NCBI GenBank assembly: GCA_040756235.1
Contig: JBFLZG010000015.1
Span: forward strand, 1 to 39,253
Direction: 5' to 3'
Length of the DNA stretch: 39,253 nucleotides
Source of the DNA: a bacterium
GTDB lineage: Bacteria; Desulfobacterota; DSWW01
Made by a program: the position numbers and the translations under genes. Every line of letters starts with the position of its first letter. Positions within the stretch are counted from its first letter, which is position 1. Positions 18,235 through 26,618 of this stretch are shown piece by piece. The notes beneath the pieces are model-generated. The model ran no database searches, was not told where the DNA came from, and saw nothing but the letters and a program-made list of their open reading frames with translations.

Positions 18235-19536
18235 CTACTTGCAGAGTTTCTGGAAGCCGGCCAGGGAGTAGGTGTTGCGGTCCTGGATGGCGTCGTACAC
18301 GCTGATGAGATCGGGCGTGAGCCCGCTCAGGATGGTCGCGTGGTCGGCCCGATCATCCACCGTGCAATACATCTGGCCCTGGAGCAAACGCACCTTCTTG
18401 TTGTCCGCGCCTTCGAAACCCGACAAGCACAGCACGATCGTCTTCCAGTAGGCGTTGGCCCGATCGGTGATGATCTTGTAATAGACGAGGTACGGGACCA
18501 CGGCGTCCACCCACAGGTATTGCGTCCCGTAGTTGTAGTAAGGATCCTTGGGCTTCATCTCCAGCACCAGCACGTCGCGCTGCACCCAGGGCACGTTGGT
18601 CGGCGCCCAGGGCGCACCCTTCCACTCTTTCGCTTCGTATCCGTATGTGATGTCCTTGATCGTCGTGGTCGACAGCCACTCGCCCTTCTTGTTCTGCACC
18701 AGGGTCTGCGGGTTCTCGTCCAGGAAGGGCACCAGGGCCTGTCTTTTCTTCACCGGCATCCAGTCCACGGCATTGGTCTTCCCGTCATAGCCGTACCCGT
18801 CATCCACGCACATGTCGGTGCCGAGATACGCATCCGAACGGTTCGCGGGGCTCATGCGCCGCACCCTGCGGATGGCAGGGACGAAGGTGTACGTCATGTC
18901 CTGCCGGTCGTCGAGATAGCGCCAGGTCAGGACGTTGGTCCCCGCAATGTCATAAGGGGCCGTCACCTGGACGATCGAGAATTTCTCGATCCGGTCCGAA
19001 TTGTCTTCTTCGCTCCTCCCTGGATAGCCCACCATCGGATAGGTCCAGAACGCCGCCTGCACCTCGCGCTCGTACCCGGAGCGGCCCACCCAGATCGCCC
19101 TCATGGGATAATAGTTGTTGCCGAGGGTGTACGCATAGCACATGCGGTTGTACATCAGCCGGTACGCCGCGCGCGGATCGTCCAGATCCACCTGCGGAAA
19201 AGGGATCCCGACGATGTGTTCTGGGGTCTTCCCGGTCGACCCCTCCACGATCAGCCCTGCCTCGCTCAGCTGATACTTGCCCTTGTTCAGCTCAAAAGAA
19301 CGGACCGCAGCCTCCGGCCAGAATTCATTGGGATCATAGTTCAATTTCCCGATCGTCAGGATGAAGTCCCCCTTCTTCACCCAGTTCAACACGGAATCGG
19401 GGAGCAGCCCCTCCACCTTCTCCGCGTTCGTGCTGTCCACGATGTCCCCGGGCGCAACCTCTGCGCCAGCCCCGACCACCCAGCAGAGGAGGACCAGGAC
19501 CATCCCCACGACGCTGACGACTCTCTGCGCCTTCAT
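18235..19536 (-). CDS. DUF1329 family periplasmic protein #2
   Basis: MKAQRVVSVVG signal peptide and the same motifs as #1. GGAAGGAGG RBS. Confidence 0.8.
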   Translation of the reverse strand: MKAQRVVSVVGMVLVLLCWVVGAGAEVAPGDIVDSTNAEKVEGLLPDSVLNWVKKGDFILTIGKLNYDPNEFWPEAAVRSFELNKGKYQLSEAGLIVEGSTGKTPEHIVGIPFPQVDLDDPRAAYRLMYNRMCYAYTLGNNYYPMRAIWVGRSGYEREVQAAFWTYPMVGYPGRSEEDNSDRIEKFSIVQVTAPYDIAGTNVLTWRYLDDRQDMTYTFVPAIRRVRRMSPANRSDAYLGTDMCVDDGYGYDGKTNAVDWMPVKKRQALVPFLDENPQTLVQNKKGEWLSTTTIKDITYGYEAKEWKGAPWAPTNVPWVQRDVLVLEMKPKDPYYNYGTQYLWVDAVVPYLVYYKIITDRANAYWKTIVLCLSGFEGADNKKVRLLQGQMYCTVDDRADHATILSGLTPDLISVYDAIQDRNTYSLAGFQKLCK

Positions 19537-19646
19537 TGCAAACCTCCTTCCATCTGAGGGGATCCACAACCCCCGGGCCGCGCTCAGGATCTTCCCCATG
19601 CTTTCGGGCTTCAGCCTCTCGCAAGCAGCGGACGCTGGCTATCGTA

Positions 19647-19696
19647 GAAAGAGAGCGCTCACTTTCCATCTACACAAGAGACCCGGCCGATGTCAA
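19647..19696 (-). promoter_or_regulatory. Second copy of the promoter/operator cassette, upstream of DUF1329 #2
   Basis: Minus strand: TTGACA-18 nt-TAGATG, followed by GAAAGTGAGCGCTCTCTTTC. Same layout as 16731-16779. Confidence 0.75.
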
Positions 19697-19720
19697 GGAA
19701 AATCGCGGCTCCTCGAATTT

Positions 19721-20947
19721 TCACCCCTTAAAGGAGGACAAATTCGCCAGGACCGCGTCCAGGTCCGCCGGGGTATGAGCCGCGTTGACCTGAAAGCGGA
19801 CCGTCTCGTCGCCCCTGGGGACGACCGGAAAGGTGAGCCCCACGACCAGGATGGCTTTTTCAAACAGGAATCGTACGAGCCCGTGGGTCCGGGCCGTGTC
19901 GCGCACCAGCAGGGGAACGATGGGGTGAGGGCCGGGCACCGACTCCAGCCCCAGGGCGGCCATTCCCTGCCGGAATCGCCCCGTGTTTTGCCTCAGGCTT
20001 TCGAGCCGTGCCAGGCCCTCGGGGCTGTCGCAGAGGTCGAGGGCCCGGAGCGCCGCGGCGCAATCGGCGACGCTCAGAGGATTCGTGTAGATGTACGTGT
20101 CCGCTTTCTGGCGCAGGGCCTCGACCAGGTCCGGGCTGGCGGCGACGAAGCCGCCGTTGACGCCGAACGCCTTGCCGAAGGTCCCGACGATCACATCGGG
20201 CTGCGCGCCGGCGTGCTCCGCCGTGCCCCGCCCGGTCTTGCCGTATGCGCCGATGCCATGGGAGTCGTCCATGACCGTGATCACGCCGTCCCGGAACCGG
20301 CCCTGGTACCGCTCGGCGATCTTCACGATCTCATCGACCGGAGCCGGGTCGCCGCGCATGCTGAAGATCCCGTCGAACAGGATCACCACCCGTTCCATCC
20401 CTCGGGGAGCTTCCTCCAGCGCTCGCTCGAGAGCGCCCATGGCGTTGTGATCGTAGATGGCCCGGTTCGCAGCCGGCACATGGGCGATGCGCATGGCGCG
20501 GATGATGCTGTTGTGATTGAGACGGTCGCCGATCCAGTAGGTCTTCTCGCTTGCGATCGCCAGGGCCAGGCCGCAATTGGACGTATACGCGGAGTTGAAG
20601 ATCTTGGCCGCAGGCTTGCCGACGAACCTCGCGACCCTTTCTTCCAGCGCCACGTGATGAGAAAAGGTGCCGTCGATGAAGCGGACGGCTCCCGGCCCGA
20701 CGCCCAGCTTCCGGGCCGCTTCCTCCGCAGCCTCGATCAGCGCCGGGTGGTGGGACAAGGAGAGATAGCTGTTGGAGCTCATGCGGAGGAATTCCCGGTC
20801 GTACCCTCGCAGTCTGTAGCGGGGGCCCCTGTCCTCCTGCGGAGGCAGGTATTCCTCGATGATCCGCTCCGGAGCCTTGGCCCGGCCCTCTGCTCCGAGC
20901 CGGTCCAGCTCCAGCCTCAGCGAACGATCCAAGGCGTCGAGCGGCAT
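19721..20947 (-). CDS. kbl: Glycine C-acetyltransferase (2-amino-3-ketobutyrate CoA ligase), PLP-dependent
   Basis: SNSYLSL, GPGAVRFIDGT, DRLNHNSII, DGIFSMRGD, DDSHGIG and GTFGKAFG (PLP lysine). Adjacent to tdh. Confidence 0.88.
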   Translation of the reverse strand: MPLDALDRSLRLELDRLGAEGRAKAPERIIEEYLPPQEDRGPRYRLRGYDREFLRMSSNSYLSLSHHPALIEAAEEAARKLGVGPGAVRFIDGTFSHHVALEERVARFVGKPAAKIFNSAYTSNCGLALAIASEKTYWIGDRLNHNSIIRAMRIAHVPAANRAIYDHNAMGALERALEEAPRGMERVVILFDGIFSMRGDPAPVDEIVKIAERYQGRFRDGVITVMDDSHGIGAYGKTGRGTAEHAGAQPDVIVGTFGKAFGVNGGFVAASPDLVEALRQKADTYIYTNPLSVADCAAALRALDLCDSPEGLARLESLRQNTGRFRQGMAALGLESVPGPHPIVPLLVRDTARTHGLVRFLFEKAILVVGLTFPVVPRGDETVRFQVNAAHTPADLDAVLANLSSFKG

Positions 20948-20960
20948 GGGGGACCCTCCT

Positions 20961-22001
20961 TCACTCCTGGGACCACTTCAGAATGACCTTGCCGGACTGT
21001 CCCGACCGCATGACCTCGAAGCCCTTCTCATATTCCGTATAGTCGAACCGGTGCGTGATGACGGGGGCGACATCGAGCCCGCTCTGGATCATGGTGGTCA
21101 TCTTGTACCAGGTCTCGTACATTTCGCGGCCGTAAATACCCTTCAAGGTGAGCCCGTTGAAGACGACCTCGTCCCAGTCGATGGCCGTGTCCCGGGGGAG
21201 TATGCCGAGCAGGGCCAGTTTGCCCCCGTGACACATGTTGTCGATCATGGAGCGCAGTGCGTCCGGGCTGCCCGACATTTCCAGGCCCACGTCGAACCCC
21301 TCCTTCATCCCCAGCTTCTGCTGGGACTCGCGGATGGTTTCGTGACGGACGTCCAGAGCGAGCGTCGCGCCCATCTTCCGGGCGAGCTCGAGCCGGTAGG
21401 GGATCACGTCGGCGACGACCACGTAGCGGGCGCCCGCGTGCTTGACGATGGCGGCCGCCATGCAGCCGATGGGGCCGGCGCCGGTGATGAGCACGTCCTC
21501 GCCCAGGACATCGAAGGAGAGCGCCGTGTGCGTCGCGTTGCCCAGCGGATCGAAGCAGGCGAGGATGTCCGTATCGATGGCCGGATCGCAAAACCAGACG
21601 TTGGTGACCGGGAGGACCAGGTACTCGGCAAAAGCGCCGGGCCGGTTGACGCCGACCCCGCTGGTCTTCATGCACAGATGACGTCTTCCCGCGAGGCAGT
21701 TGCGGCAGCGACCGCAGACCAGGTGGCCTTCCCCGGACACCAGGTCTCCGCGCTTGAAGTCATGGACGTTGCTTCCGACCTCCTCGATTCGGCCCACGAA
21801 CTCGTGGCCGACGTGCATCGGTACGGGTATGGTCCTTCTGGCCCACTCGTCCCAATGGTAAATGTGGACGTCCGTCCCGCAGATGGCGCTCTTGTGAACC
21901 CGGATCAGGACGTCGTTGACTCCGATCTCGGGGACCGGGACCTCCTTCAGCCAGAGTCCGGCCTCGGGCCTCGCCTTGACCAGCGCTTTCATGGTTTCCA
22001 T
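20961..22001 (-). CDS. tdh: L-threonine 3-dehydrogenase
   Basis: [50 protein letters not shown] and [14 protein letters not shown]. Confidence 0.95.
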   Translation of the reverse strand: METMKALVKARPEAGLWLKEVPVPEIGVNDVLIRVHKSAICGTDVHIYHWDEWARRTIPVPMHVGHEFVGRIEEVGSNVHDFKRGDLVSGEGHLVCGRCRNCLAGRRHLCMKTSGVGVNRPGAFAEYLVLPVTNVWFCDPAIDTDILACFDPLGNATHTALSFDVLGEDVLITGAGPIGCMAAAIVKHAGARYVVVADVIPYRLELARKMGATLALDVRHETIRESQQKLGMKEGFDVGLEMSGSPDALRSMIDNMCHGGKLALLGILPRDTAIDWDEVVFNGLTLKGIYGREMYETWYKMTTMIQSGLDVAPVITHRFDYTEYEKGFEVMRSGQSGKVILKWSQE

Positions 22002-22019
22002 GACGGCTCCGTCCGGATG

Positions 22020-22481
22020 CTAAGGAAGCTCCACCCACTTGGAGATTGCATCGAGAACGATGAAGGTCTCGGTCCGGTTGATTCCGCCGACCTTGGAGAG
22101 ACCCTCGAGCAGAAATCGGTTGAGCTCCTGGCGGGACTCCAGATAGATTTCCACGAGAAGGTCGTACCTTCCGGTGACGTTGCACACGGACAGGACCCCC
22201 TTGAGCCGGGAGATCTTCTTCATCGTGGCCGTATGGGTGCGCTTTTCCAGCTCCATGCCGACCATGGCGATGATGCCGTCCGTGCCGCTGGCGAAGGGGT
22301 TGACCGCCCCGGTGATTCTGAGGATGTTCCGCTCCTGCAAGCGGTTGGCGCGAAAGCGGATGGTGCCGTCCGACACACCAAGTTTCCCGGCGATTTCCTT
22401 GCTCGAAGCTCTTCCGTCTCTCTGCAGCTCGCGAATGATCTTCAGGTCCAGCTCGTCCAGTTCGTCATGGTCTTTCTTCAT
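22020..22481 (-). CDS. Lrp/AsnC family regulator
   Basis: LDELDLKIIRELQRDGRASSKEIAGKLGVSDGTIRFR helix-turn-helix and VTGRYDLLVE. ATG at 22481. Confidence 0.9.
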   Translation of the reverse strand: MKKDHDELDELDLKIIRELQRDGRASSKEIAGKLGVSDGTIRFRANRLQERNILRITGAVNPFASGTDGIIAMVGMELEKRTHTATMKKISRLKGVLSVCNVTGRYDLLVEIYLESRQELNRFLLEGLSKVGGINRTETFIVLDAISKWVELP

Positions 22482-22532
22482 CTTCCGTCCGCCGGCTCCT
22501 GGCATCCAATCAAAGGCGCGTCGAATGGCCTC

Positions 22533-22609
22533 CTTATACCGCAGCCAATTGCGGCAGTCAACACAAAATGCCTCCGTATTTGCGGCAATCAACAAAAATG
22601 CCTCCATAT
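22533..22609 (-). promoter_or_regulatory. lrp-tdh-kbl promoter with a ~31-bp tandem repeat
   Basis: Minus strand TTGACT-17-TATAAG (22561-22533). Tandem copies TTGCGGCAGTCAACACAAAATGCCTCCGTAT and TTGCGGCAATCAACAAAAATGCCTCCATAT. Confidence 0.6.
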
Positions 22610-22662
22610 TTTTCCCTTTCAGTAATTCAATGGGAAATTGATGCTCAATTTTCACTTTTTGC

Positions 22663-22709
22663 TTGACGGCCCATTTGTATCTCACTACAATCTCGGCTAG
22701 CTGGCCTAG
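22663..22709 (+). promoter_or_regulatory. Sigma70-type promoter and operator for M24 #2
   Basis: TTGACG-17-TACAAT overlapping ATCTCGGCTAGCTGGCCTAG. Confidence 0.7.
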
Positions 22710-22829
22710 TTTCCTAGATCCCGTTTAATTCAAACAGGAAAGGAAGGTCGGAGGCTTACAACCGAGTACTCTTGATCAAGTGGTTTTGTTCACTCACACC
22801 ACCATTTTCGATCCTTGGAGGAATGAGTC

Positions 22830-24089
22830 ATGGATCTGAAGAAGACGATGCAGCCTCCTGGTTATGAGCTCTACGGTCCGAATCCCTTGTTCCCTGATGT
22901 TCCACACGCCGAGTGGAAGGCGAGAATCGACAAAGCACAAAGACTCATGATGGAGAACCACATAGATCTTCTTATGCTTTGGAGTCCAAATAATTGTCGA
23001 TATTTCACGGCCTATAGATCTATTCATTGGCACATACCTAGCCTGCAGCCTATGGTGGCTTTGATCCCCGTCGCAGGCGAACCCGTGGCCGTCGCCGGAG
23101 ATCTTTTCCGGTGGACGATTGAGGGAATGAGCTGGGTGCGGGACATAAGAACCCAGATGGACATGCATCAGATAAACTCGGAAAGAGATTTCCCGAAGGC
23201 CGTAGCTACAGTTGCCAAGGATATGGGCTACGGCAAAGGCAGGATAGCCTTGGAGATGGGCCAGCTTGGGCACATGTGGATTCCGCGACCCCAAAACGAT
23301 ATCCAGACTCTGATGGGCGCCTTGCCGGGCGCCAAATTCGTGGACGGCGACAAGGTTATCTGGGAATGCCGGATGATCAAATCGCCCCTGGAAATCGAGA
23401 GGCTGACGAAGGCCGCCGACATACACCGCAAGGCGATGACCGCCGTGGCGGAGAAGTACAGGCCTGGCATGACGGAGAAGGATGTCGGCAAGATATTCCT
23501 GTTGACTGCATATGAGAATGACGCGGAGTGGGTATTGCGCGGCCATATCTCCTGCGGCAAGGACAGGGAAGGAATGTGGGACACCGGATATGTCCCAGCC
23601 GCAATAAGCAAGGGCGACTATTTGTCGATCGATATGGTATTGAATTATGAAGGATACTGGGCCGACATGGGGAGAATGCTTAACGTCGGTCCCGCCAGAG
23701 AAGAGTGGAAGAAATGTTATGAAGTGATATGCGAGGGCTTCGATGCGGGCGTAGCTGCGATGAAGCCCGGCGCGACCTGCAAAGAGGTGTGGGAAGTTAT
23801 TAACGAGGTATTAGGAAAGGGTGGAGTGGCGGGCCTTGAGCTGTATGGGCACGCCGTGGGGTTGGATGTTCATGAGCCGCCCGTCATCGGGTATACGGAA
23901 GAGGAAGCGGTTCTGCGGCCCGGGATGACATTCGAAATTGAGTCTCTTGGACTCGGGCCGGGGGGCTTGAGAAAAATGGGCGGCGTAGGGCCGTTCCAGT
24001 ATGAGAATCTGGTCATAATAACAGAGACCGGCTCCTATCCGGTCTTTGGACTCCCCCGCGATATTATAGAGGTGTCCTGCTATGCATGA
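22830..24089 (+). CDS. M24 family metallohydrolase #2
   Basis: RMIKSPLEI, GDYLSID, YWADMGR, GHAVGLDVHEPP, FEIE and YENLVIITETG. All five canonical metal ligands are present. Confidence 0.88.
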   Translation: MDLKKTMQPPGYELYGPNPLFPDVPHAEWKARIDKAQRLMMENHIDLLMLWSPNNCRYFTAYRSIHWHIPSLQPMVALIPVAGEPVAVAGDLFRWTIEGMSWVRDIRTQMDMHQINSERDFPKAVATVAKDMGYGKGRIALEMGQLGHMWIPRPQNDIQTLMGALPGAKFVDGDKVIWECRMIKSPLEIERLTKAADIHRKAMTAVAEKYRPGMTEKDVGKIFLLTAYENDAEWVLRGHISCGKDREGMWDTGYVPAAISKGDYLSIDMVLNYEGYWADMGRMLNVGPAREEWKKCYEVICEGFDAGVAAMKPGATCKEVWEVINEVLGKGGVAGLELYGHAVGLDVHEPPVIGYTEEEAVLRPGMTFEIESLGLGPGGLRKMGGVGPFQYENLVIITETGSYPVFGLPRDIIEVSCYA

Positions 24090-24527
24090 ACATGCTGTAC
24101 GTTTGAACGACCGCGTCGAGTTCATACGGTATGAGAGGATATCGTGTGAGATAACTTCCGGAACCGGCTCACGGCTTCCTCCCTGTGTTCGAAGTTGCGG
24201 CAACAACTCGACGCAAGGATAGCGGGGAGCAGCCTTTTCGGCCATTCCCCATTCGGGACTGGCTTAGCCAGTCCCCATGACCACACCCGTAGGGTGTGGG
24301 ATTCTCCTTCTCGCTAAATTAGAATTGATGTCGTAGCGCTTTATCTTTTGTCGATTTCCATGTATTCTGCAAGAAGGGAAGGCAAGACCTATCCCTTTTC
24401 TTCTTGATTGGAGGTAACCTGGTCTCGGGGTAACGCTGCAATGCAGAATCATGTGAGCTTGCAGCATGCTTACATTCTTGCCAATATCTCCATGTTGGCC
24501 AAGAATCCAAGAATACAAGAGCCACCT

Positions 24528-25145
24528 ATGGCAAGAAAAAAGATTGCTCATACCAGGAGAGAAGAGATCATCGCCGGTCTCTACGACTGTCTCGCGGTTA
24601 CTGGGCACGAGCAAGTTACCCTGCGGGATATCGCCAAGAGGGCAAACGTCAGCTATGGGGTGATTCACTATTTCTTTACCTGCAAAAAGGACATTATCAC
24701 AGCCCTTGCAAAGGATTATGTCAACCATCGATTGACTCTCGTGAAAAGTCAGGCTGCGCAGCATGACTCCTCACCAGAACGCCTCCATAAACTTGTCTCG
24801 TTTCTTACAGAGCTCATTATCTTCGAGAAGAAGAGTCAGAGGGTTTTTCTCAATCTGTACCATATGGCGCTTAACGACAGAGATATCTGGAATGCCTACA
24901 AGTCGTCCTTCAAACGTTTTCGAGGGCTGATTCAGAAAATTGTCGAGGAGGGGATTTCACGCGGCGAATTCGATCATGCAGCCTCCCCTGCGAGCTTTGC
25001 GCTCATGTTCGTAAGCCTGATTGAAGGAATGGCTCTTCAGACAATCCTGGCCCCCACGCTTTTCGATAAGCAGGCGGTCAAAGATCTCCTGTACAAATAC
25101 GTAATGATCGCGCTCAGCCCGAAGCCGACCTCCCCATCCCAATGA
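24528..25145 (+). CDS. TetR/AcrR family regulator #2
   Basis: MARKKIAHTRREEII…VTLRDIAKRANVSYGVIHYFFTCKKD and EGISRGEF. Confidence 0.88.
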   Translation: MARKKIAHTRREEIIAGLYDCLAVTGHEQVTLRDIAKRANVSYGVIHYFFTCKKDIITALAKDYVNHRLTLVKSQAAQHDSSPERLHKLVSFLTELIIFEKKSQRVFLNLYHMALNDRDIWNAYKSSFKRFRGLIQKIVEEGISRGEFDHAASPASFALMFVSLIEGMALQTILAPTLFDKQAVKDLLYKYVMIALSPKPTSPSQ

Positions 25146-25215
25146 TCCCGGCTGCCAGTCAGTGGATATCGACTATTTCAGCCCGGATCGCATTCGCCCC
25201 TTGCTTGTTGGCCGC

Positions 25216-26226
25216 TTAGCGAACCAGCATAGTGACGACTGGAGAGAGGGCTTTCAAAACATATAACGCAATTCGTCGGGGCATCCACAGTATTTGTTTG
25301 GCCTCCACAAATTCGATGTTATTGCCGTCGGGGTCCTCAACATAAGCAAAATAGCCTTTGGAGCCTGACCCCATGTCCGTATAGGTTGGGTAATGGGCTA
25401 TCTTCATCTTCTTTGCTTCAAGTTCCCCTACTGTGGCTTTAATATCGTCCGACTCGAAGCATATCTCCATCTGTCCGATATCCCCCCAGAGGCGGCCCTC
25501 GAAGGTTTTCTTGCCTTGGTAATCAAGCGTCTGCACCAGACGCACCCTGCCCCCGCCCCGAGCGACAAGGGGGCTCCGTGCCGGTTGGCTCGTGGCCAAA
25601 AACACCTGTCTCTGTTTAAGCTCCCCCTCGAAAACAGTATCCAAGCACGGCTCCCGCCCTTCAGCATCCAGAATCACCTCATCAAAGCCTAGGATCCCGT
25701 GATAAAATTTCATACTTTTCTCTATGTTTCGGACCCCCACGGTTACTTGCTCGAGCCCCCTGACGGCCGGCCTCCGGGAAGTTCCGGGAGAAGTGTCAAT
25801 GAGCTCAACGACGTTCCCGTCGGGGTCGGTCAAAAAAGCGGATTCCCACCTTTCGCCGGAAGCGAGCCTTATGGGATAGGAGCGCACCATAAATTGAGCA
25901 CCTAGTTCTTCGAGCCGCCGAATCACGGCCGGAAGATTGTCCACGCCGAAGCCGTTGCAGAGAAATCCGATGTCCCCCCAGCGTGTGCTCGCCTTTATCG
26001 GCGACCTCGAGTTTATCTGGACAAGCTCTATCACGCCTCCGCCTCTGCTATTGATGGCCATGATGATCCGCATGTCCAAGAGTTCGCCTAGGGTAGACTC
26101 GAGCTCATGCCAGACCTTCTCTTTATCGGCAATCTTGATATTGTATCCAAGCAAATCTCTGTAGAAGCCATAACTCGCCGCGACGTTCGAAGTTCCCAAG
26201 CCCATGTGCTGCAGACCGGTCTTCAT
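25216..26226 (-). CDS. Double-domain VOC protein #2
   Basis: LQHMGLGTSNV, FLTDPDGNVVELI, GRLWGDIG and DMGSGSKGYFAYVEDPDGNNIEFVE. Paralog of VOC #1. Confidence 0.85.
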   Translation of the reverse strand: MKTGLQHMGLGTSNVAASYGFYRDLLGYNIKIADKEKVWHELESTLGELLDMRIIMAINSRGGGVIELVQINSRSPIKASTRWGDIGFLCNGFGVDNLPAVIRRLEELGAQFMVRSYPIRLASGERWESAFLTDPDGNVVELIDTSPGTSRRPAVRGLEQVTVGVRNIEKSMKFYHGILGFDEVILDAEGREPCLDTVFEGELKQRQVFLATSQPARSPLVARGGGRVRLVQTLDYQGKKTFEGRLWGDIGQMEICFESDDIKATVGELEAKKMKIAHYPTYTDMGSGSKGYFAYVEDPDGNNIEFVEAKQILWMPRRIALYVLKALSPVVTMLVR

Positions 26227-26418
26227 GACGAGCCTTCCTCCAAGATTTGGGATGGCCGTGTGCGTGAGCGAAGATCACTTGCAGTGCGGTGACTAAGAGT
26301 ATTCGCTTGTAACCTTCCAGAACCTTCCTTAAAGACCGCTAGCCGTGCAGCAGACTTGGATATTTTGCCACCTCTTTTAAAATCTCATCTCTCCTCTTTG
26401 CATCAGGCAGACCTAAGC

Positions 26419-26467
26419 ATCTCGGCCACTTGGCCAATATTGTGCCGAAATACAGTTGCAGTGTCAA
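26419..26467 (-). promoter_or_regulatory. Sigma70-type promoter and operator for VOC #2
   Basis: Minus strand TTGACA-17-CACAAT, followed by ATTGGCCAAGTGGCCGAGAT (plus strand ATCTCGGCCACTTGGCCAATAT). Confidence 0.65.
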
Positions 26468-26508
26468 TGTATTTTGTAGTGTTGGCGGCGCCCCTTAGGG
26501 CATTGGCC

Positions 26509-26535
26509 GGAGCCCGAAGGCGACCCTTGGGCTCC
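26509..26535 (-). terminator. Hairpin downstream of MttB #1
   Basis: GGAGCCCGAAGG-CGA-CCCTTGGGCTCC imperfect stem with no clear U-tract. Confidence 0.3.
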
Positions 26536-26618
26536 ATCAGGATGCTGTCGGGCTGCTCTTCGGCCACCGTCCGAACGGATCGAGGATGCTCAAGCGCAGC
26601 GATGGTTCCCAGGGCGAT

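Noticed and set aside
19721..20947. Serine palmitoyltransferase or BioF call for the PLP enzyme
   Set aside because: Adjacency to tdh and the GAVRFIDGT motif favour Kbl.
24090..24260. Possible second decayed MttB tail on the plus strand (PEP…LPPCV…RQQLDA in different frames)
   Set aside because: It needs several frameshifts, and the similarity is too weak to support by eye.
26433..26447. Sigma54-like GG-N10-GC (CGGCACAATATTGGC, minus strand)
   Set aside because: It overlaps a better sigma70 match, lacks the TTGC -12 element, and no enhancer-binding protein is encoded nearby.
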